Assembly: GCA_963801625.1 (NCBI GenBank) | Contig: CAWDFQ010000007.1 | Coordinates: forward strand, 2,977 to 66,976 | Reading direction: 5' to 3' | DNA length: 64,000 nt | DNA from: an uncultured delta proteobacterium | GTDB lineage: Bacteria; Myxococcota_A; UBA9160; PR03 | Part shown: piece by piece, positions 62,018-64,000 of the stretch | How the letters are laid out: each line of letters starts with the position of its first letter | Position numbering within the stretch: the first letter of the stretch is position 1 | Notes under the pieces: generated by a model | What the model saw: only the letters and a program-made list of their open reading frames with translations | Told to the model about the DNA's origin: nothing | The model's database searches: none | Made by a program: the position numbers and the translations under genes

Positions 62018-64000
62018 ATGAGCGACGGTTCAATCGTCCTATCAGGTTCTCGGTTCAGCATTGACTCTGACGTCCTTCGCCGGCTTCACGCCAGCTCAGT
62101 CAACGACGCGGAGACGATCAGGCACATCCTGGAGCGACTACGCAATGAGAGCCATGAGCTAACCGGCAAGCGGACTCTCCGCGGTGACGCCGAAGTCGCT
62201 CGAATCCGGCAGGTTCAGAACTCACAGATTGCGATCTCGTCGGTTCATATCTCTCGGAAAGTTGGCGAGAGCATCTTCTTGAACTTTGCGCTCGATGGCC
62301 GCAGCTACTTCTTCTCCTCGGTTGCCATTGCTCTGAACACGAAGAACGAGCCCACTGACATCTCTTTCCCCTCGGTGCTCTATGTGGCCGAGAGGCGTGA
62401 TCGCCCGCGCCGTGCCAGAGGTTCCGAGGATGAGGCACCGCAGCGAGTTCGTCTCTCCCGGGTATGGCAGGATTGGTCTACCGAAGCAGAGATCGATGAC
62501 TATTCACCCGTCGGGTTGAATGTAGAGACGAGTTGGGAGTCCTCAGCGAGAATCGGAGATCAACTTCGGGTGCAGTATCTAGACGGCTCACTTGCGGGGC
62601 GCGAGCGCTGGGCGGAAATCCGGTACGCCGGGCCCGCAGAGGGGCGGAACGGTTGGCTGCGGCTTGGGCTCTCCGTCAGTGAGGTACGCCAAAGTACGCC
62701 GATCGAGGTCGAGAGGCGCAAGACGATTACCGGATCTAGCCGCTTGCGTCGCGCCAGGCAAAGCCTCGCGATGATGTCAGCGGGCGCAGCAGCCATGTCC
62801 GCGAAGGTCTTGGGACGCGGAGTCGCGCGGACGACAGCAGAGATGAGTGTCGGCGTTGTTGAGTATCACAACGATCGCGGCGAGAAGCTCAAGGGAATCG
62901 TGAACTCCACGGGGACGCCGCGGGGAGCTACCGCGGTGCTGATTCCTCCCGCATGGGGCCGCACCAAAGAAACGCTCCTCCCGCTCGCTAAGACAATTGT
63001 CGAGACTTTCCGCCGCGCGGGCGAACCTGTCACAGTGCTCCGGTTCGACGGAACGCGAAGGCGTGGAGAGTCTCACAAGGAGCGCGGATTCGAAGCGGCC
63101 GGGTCCGAGCATTTGAAGTTCACGTTCAGCGACGCGATCGATGACATTATCGCCTCTGCTCGCTTTCTCACGCAGACTTCCGGGATCGCCGCGTCTCGAG
63201 TCATTCTGGTTACGTTCAGCGCTGCGTCGATCGAAGGGAGGCGGGCCATCCTCCTTGATCGAGGCGAGAATATCCGTGGCTGGGTAAGTGTTGTCGGAAC
63301 TCCAGACTTGCAGTCAGGGATGCGAACTGTTACGGGCGGCATCGATTACATAGCCGGGGCCGAGCAAGAGATCCGGTTCGGTGTCCAAGAAATCATGGGC
63401 GTTGTTGCGGATGTGGATCTGTTTGTCTCCGACGCGCTTGCGTTGCGATTGGCATTTCTTGAAGACTCGCGGCGTGACATGACTGAGATTCGGATCCCCG
63501 TCACGTGGATCCATGGGGCCAACGATGCCTGGCTCGATCTCGACCGCGTGCGCGCGGTGATGAGCTGCGGTGACCTGAGTAGGCGAAAACTCATAGAGGT
63601 GCCTACAGGGCACCAACTCCGAAGCAGCCGAGAAGCGCTCGAGGTGTTCCAGCTCGTCGCTAGCCAGGTCGGAGAGATGGCTCTCCGAAGGTCCCTCGAA
63701 GGAGCAACGCCGAATCTGACGGCACTTGAGGCGCAGCGCCGCGCTGAGCGCGAGCGGCTGCCGAAGCCTTCTGCCGACGTCCGAGGCTTCTGGAAAGACT
63801 ACCTGGTCGGCCGGGGTGGCGCGCTCGGTATCGAGCTCATGAACGCTACACGAGCCTTTGGCGACCTAATGGAACTCCAAATCGCAGGGCTCCGCCTTTT
63901 CGAAGGCGCACAAGTAGCAGACGTGGGCGCTGGGACTGGGGCATTCCCGCTCTTGTTGGCCGATGCTCCAAGTCGGCCCCTAGATCTCCAGATCGATGAG
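62018..64000 (+). CDS. PilZN+PilZ (YcgR-like c-di-GMP receptor) fused to an alpha/beta-hydrolase and a class I SAM-dependent methyltransferase; 3' end outside window
   Basis: My own translation gives 661 codons with no stop from ATG 62018 to the window end. The ORF track does not list it. PilZ motifs are ERRDRPRRA (RxxxR) and DDYSPVG (DxSxxG). The hydrolase shows AVLIPPAWGRT, LVTFSAAS, HGANDAW and PTGHQL. MTase motif I is VADVGAGTGAFP. Confidence 0.75.
   Translation, partial: MSDGSIVLSGSRFSIDSDVLRRLHASSVNDAETIRHILERLRNESHELTGKRTLRGDAEVARIRQVQNSQIAISSVHISRKVGESIFLNFALDGRSYFFSSVAIALNTKNEPTDISFPSVLYVAERRDRPRRARGSEDEAPQRVRLSRVWQDWSTEAEIDDYSPVGLNVETSWESSARIGDQLRVQYLDGSLAGRERWAEIRYAGPAEGRNGWLRLGLSVSEVRQSTPIEVERRKTITGSSRLRRARQSLAMMSAGAAAMSAKVLGRGVARTTAEMSVGVVEYHNDRGEKLKGIVNSTGTPRGATAVLIPPAWGRTKETLLPLAKTIVETFRRAGEPVTVLRFDGTRRRGESHKERGFEAAGSEHLKFTFSDAIDDIIASARFLTQTSGIAASRVILVTFSAASIEGRRAILLDRGENIRGWVSVVGTPDLQSGMRTVTGGIDYIAGAEQEIRFGVQEIMGVVADVDLFVSDALALRLAFLEDSRRDMTEIRIPVTWIHGANDAWLDLDRVRAVMSCGDLSRRKLIEVPTGHQLRSSREALEVFQLVASQVGEMALRRSLEGATPNLTALEAQRRAERERLPKPSADVRGFWKDYLVGRGGALGIELMNATRAFGDLMELQIAGLRLFEGAQVADVGAGTGAFPLLLADAPSRPLDLQIDE

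Overview
This is a high-GC bacterial chromosomal window. My own counts on single 60-nt lines give about 70-73% GC at 2.4 kb and 22.2 kb. I recognise roughly 50 protein genes. The gene content is reminiscent of Myxococcota-type deltaproteobacteria: a receiver+DUF4388-like+TPR protein, several PilZ proteins, and a 7TM-PAS histidine kinase. This taxonomic guess is inference only.

The core part (1-52.7 kb) is mostly housekeeping and metabolism:
- ilvB/ilvN, uvrA, pcm and recQ
- a glycerol cluster (FGGY kinase, FAD-linked oxidase, glpD)
- citrate synthase
- three crotonase-family enzymes
- two ABC1/UbiB kinases
- two rhomboid proteases
- an RpoD-family sigma factor
- a penicillin-acylase-family protein
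- a B12-binding radical SAM enzyme

From about 52.7 kb to the window end the sequence is visibly lower in GC (spot counts 52-63%). This segment starts with a transposase remnant and contains further mobile-element debris. It carries accessory genes: a secreted beta-helix protein, a RidA/chorismatase-like protein, a TolB/TPR lipoprotein with CXXCH, a wHTH-AAA-TPR regulator, and an open-ended PilZN-PilZ / alpha-beta-hydrolase / methyltransferase fusion.

Two caveats apply.
1. About half of the genes have disrupted reading frames, and the disrupted and intact genes form alternating blocks. I annotate the disrupted genes as single frame-disrupted genes (type pseudogene). I cannot tell assembly indels from real decay.
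2. The ORF track omits ORFs that run off the window ends and ORFs under 60 aa. Several calls here come from my own translation. The very long ORFs in the track (for example 2160..6446, 11123..14671, 15411..18659) are stop-poor off-frame or composite artefacts of a GC-rich sequence.

I saw no rRNA, no intact tRNA and no CRISPR array. All family assignments are motif- and recall-based. No searches were run.
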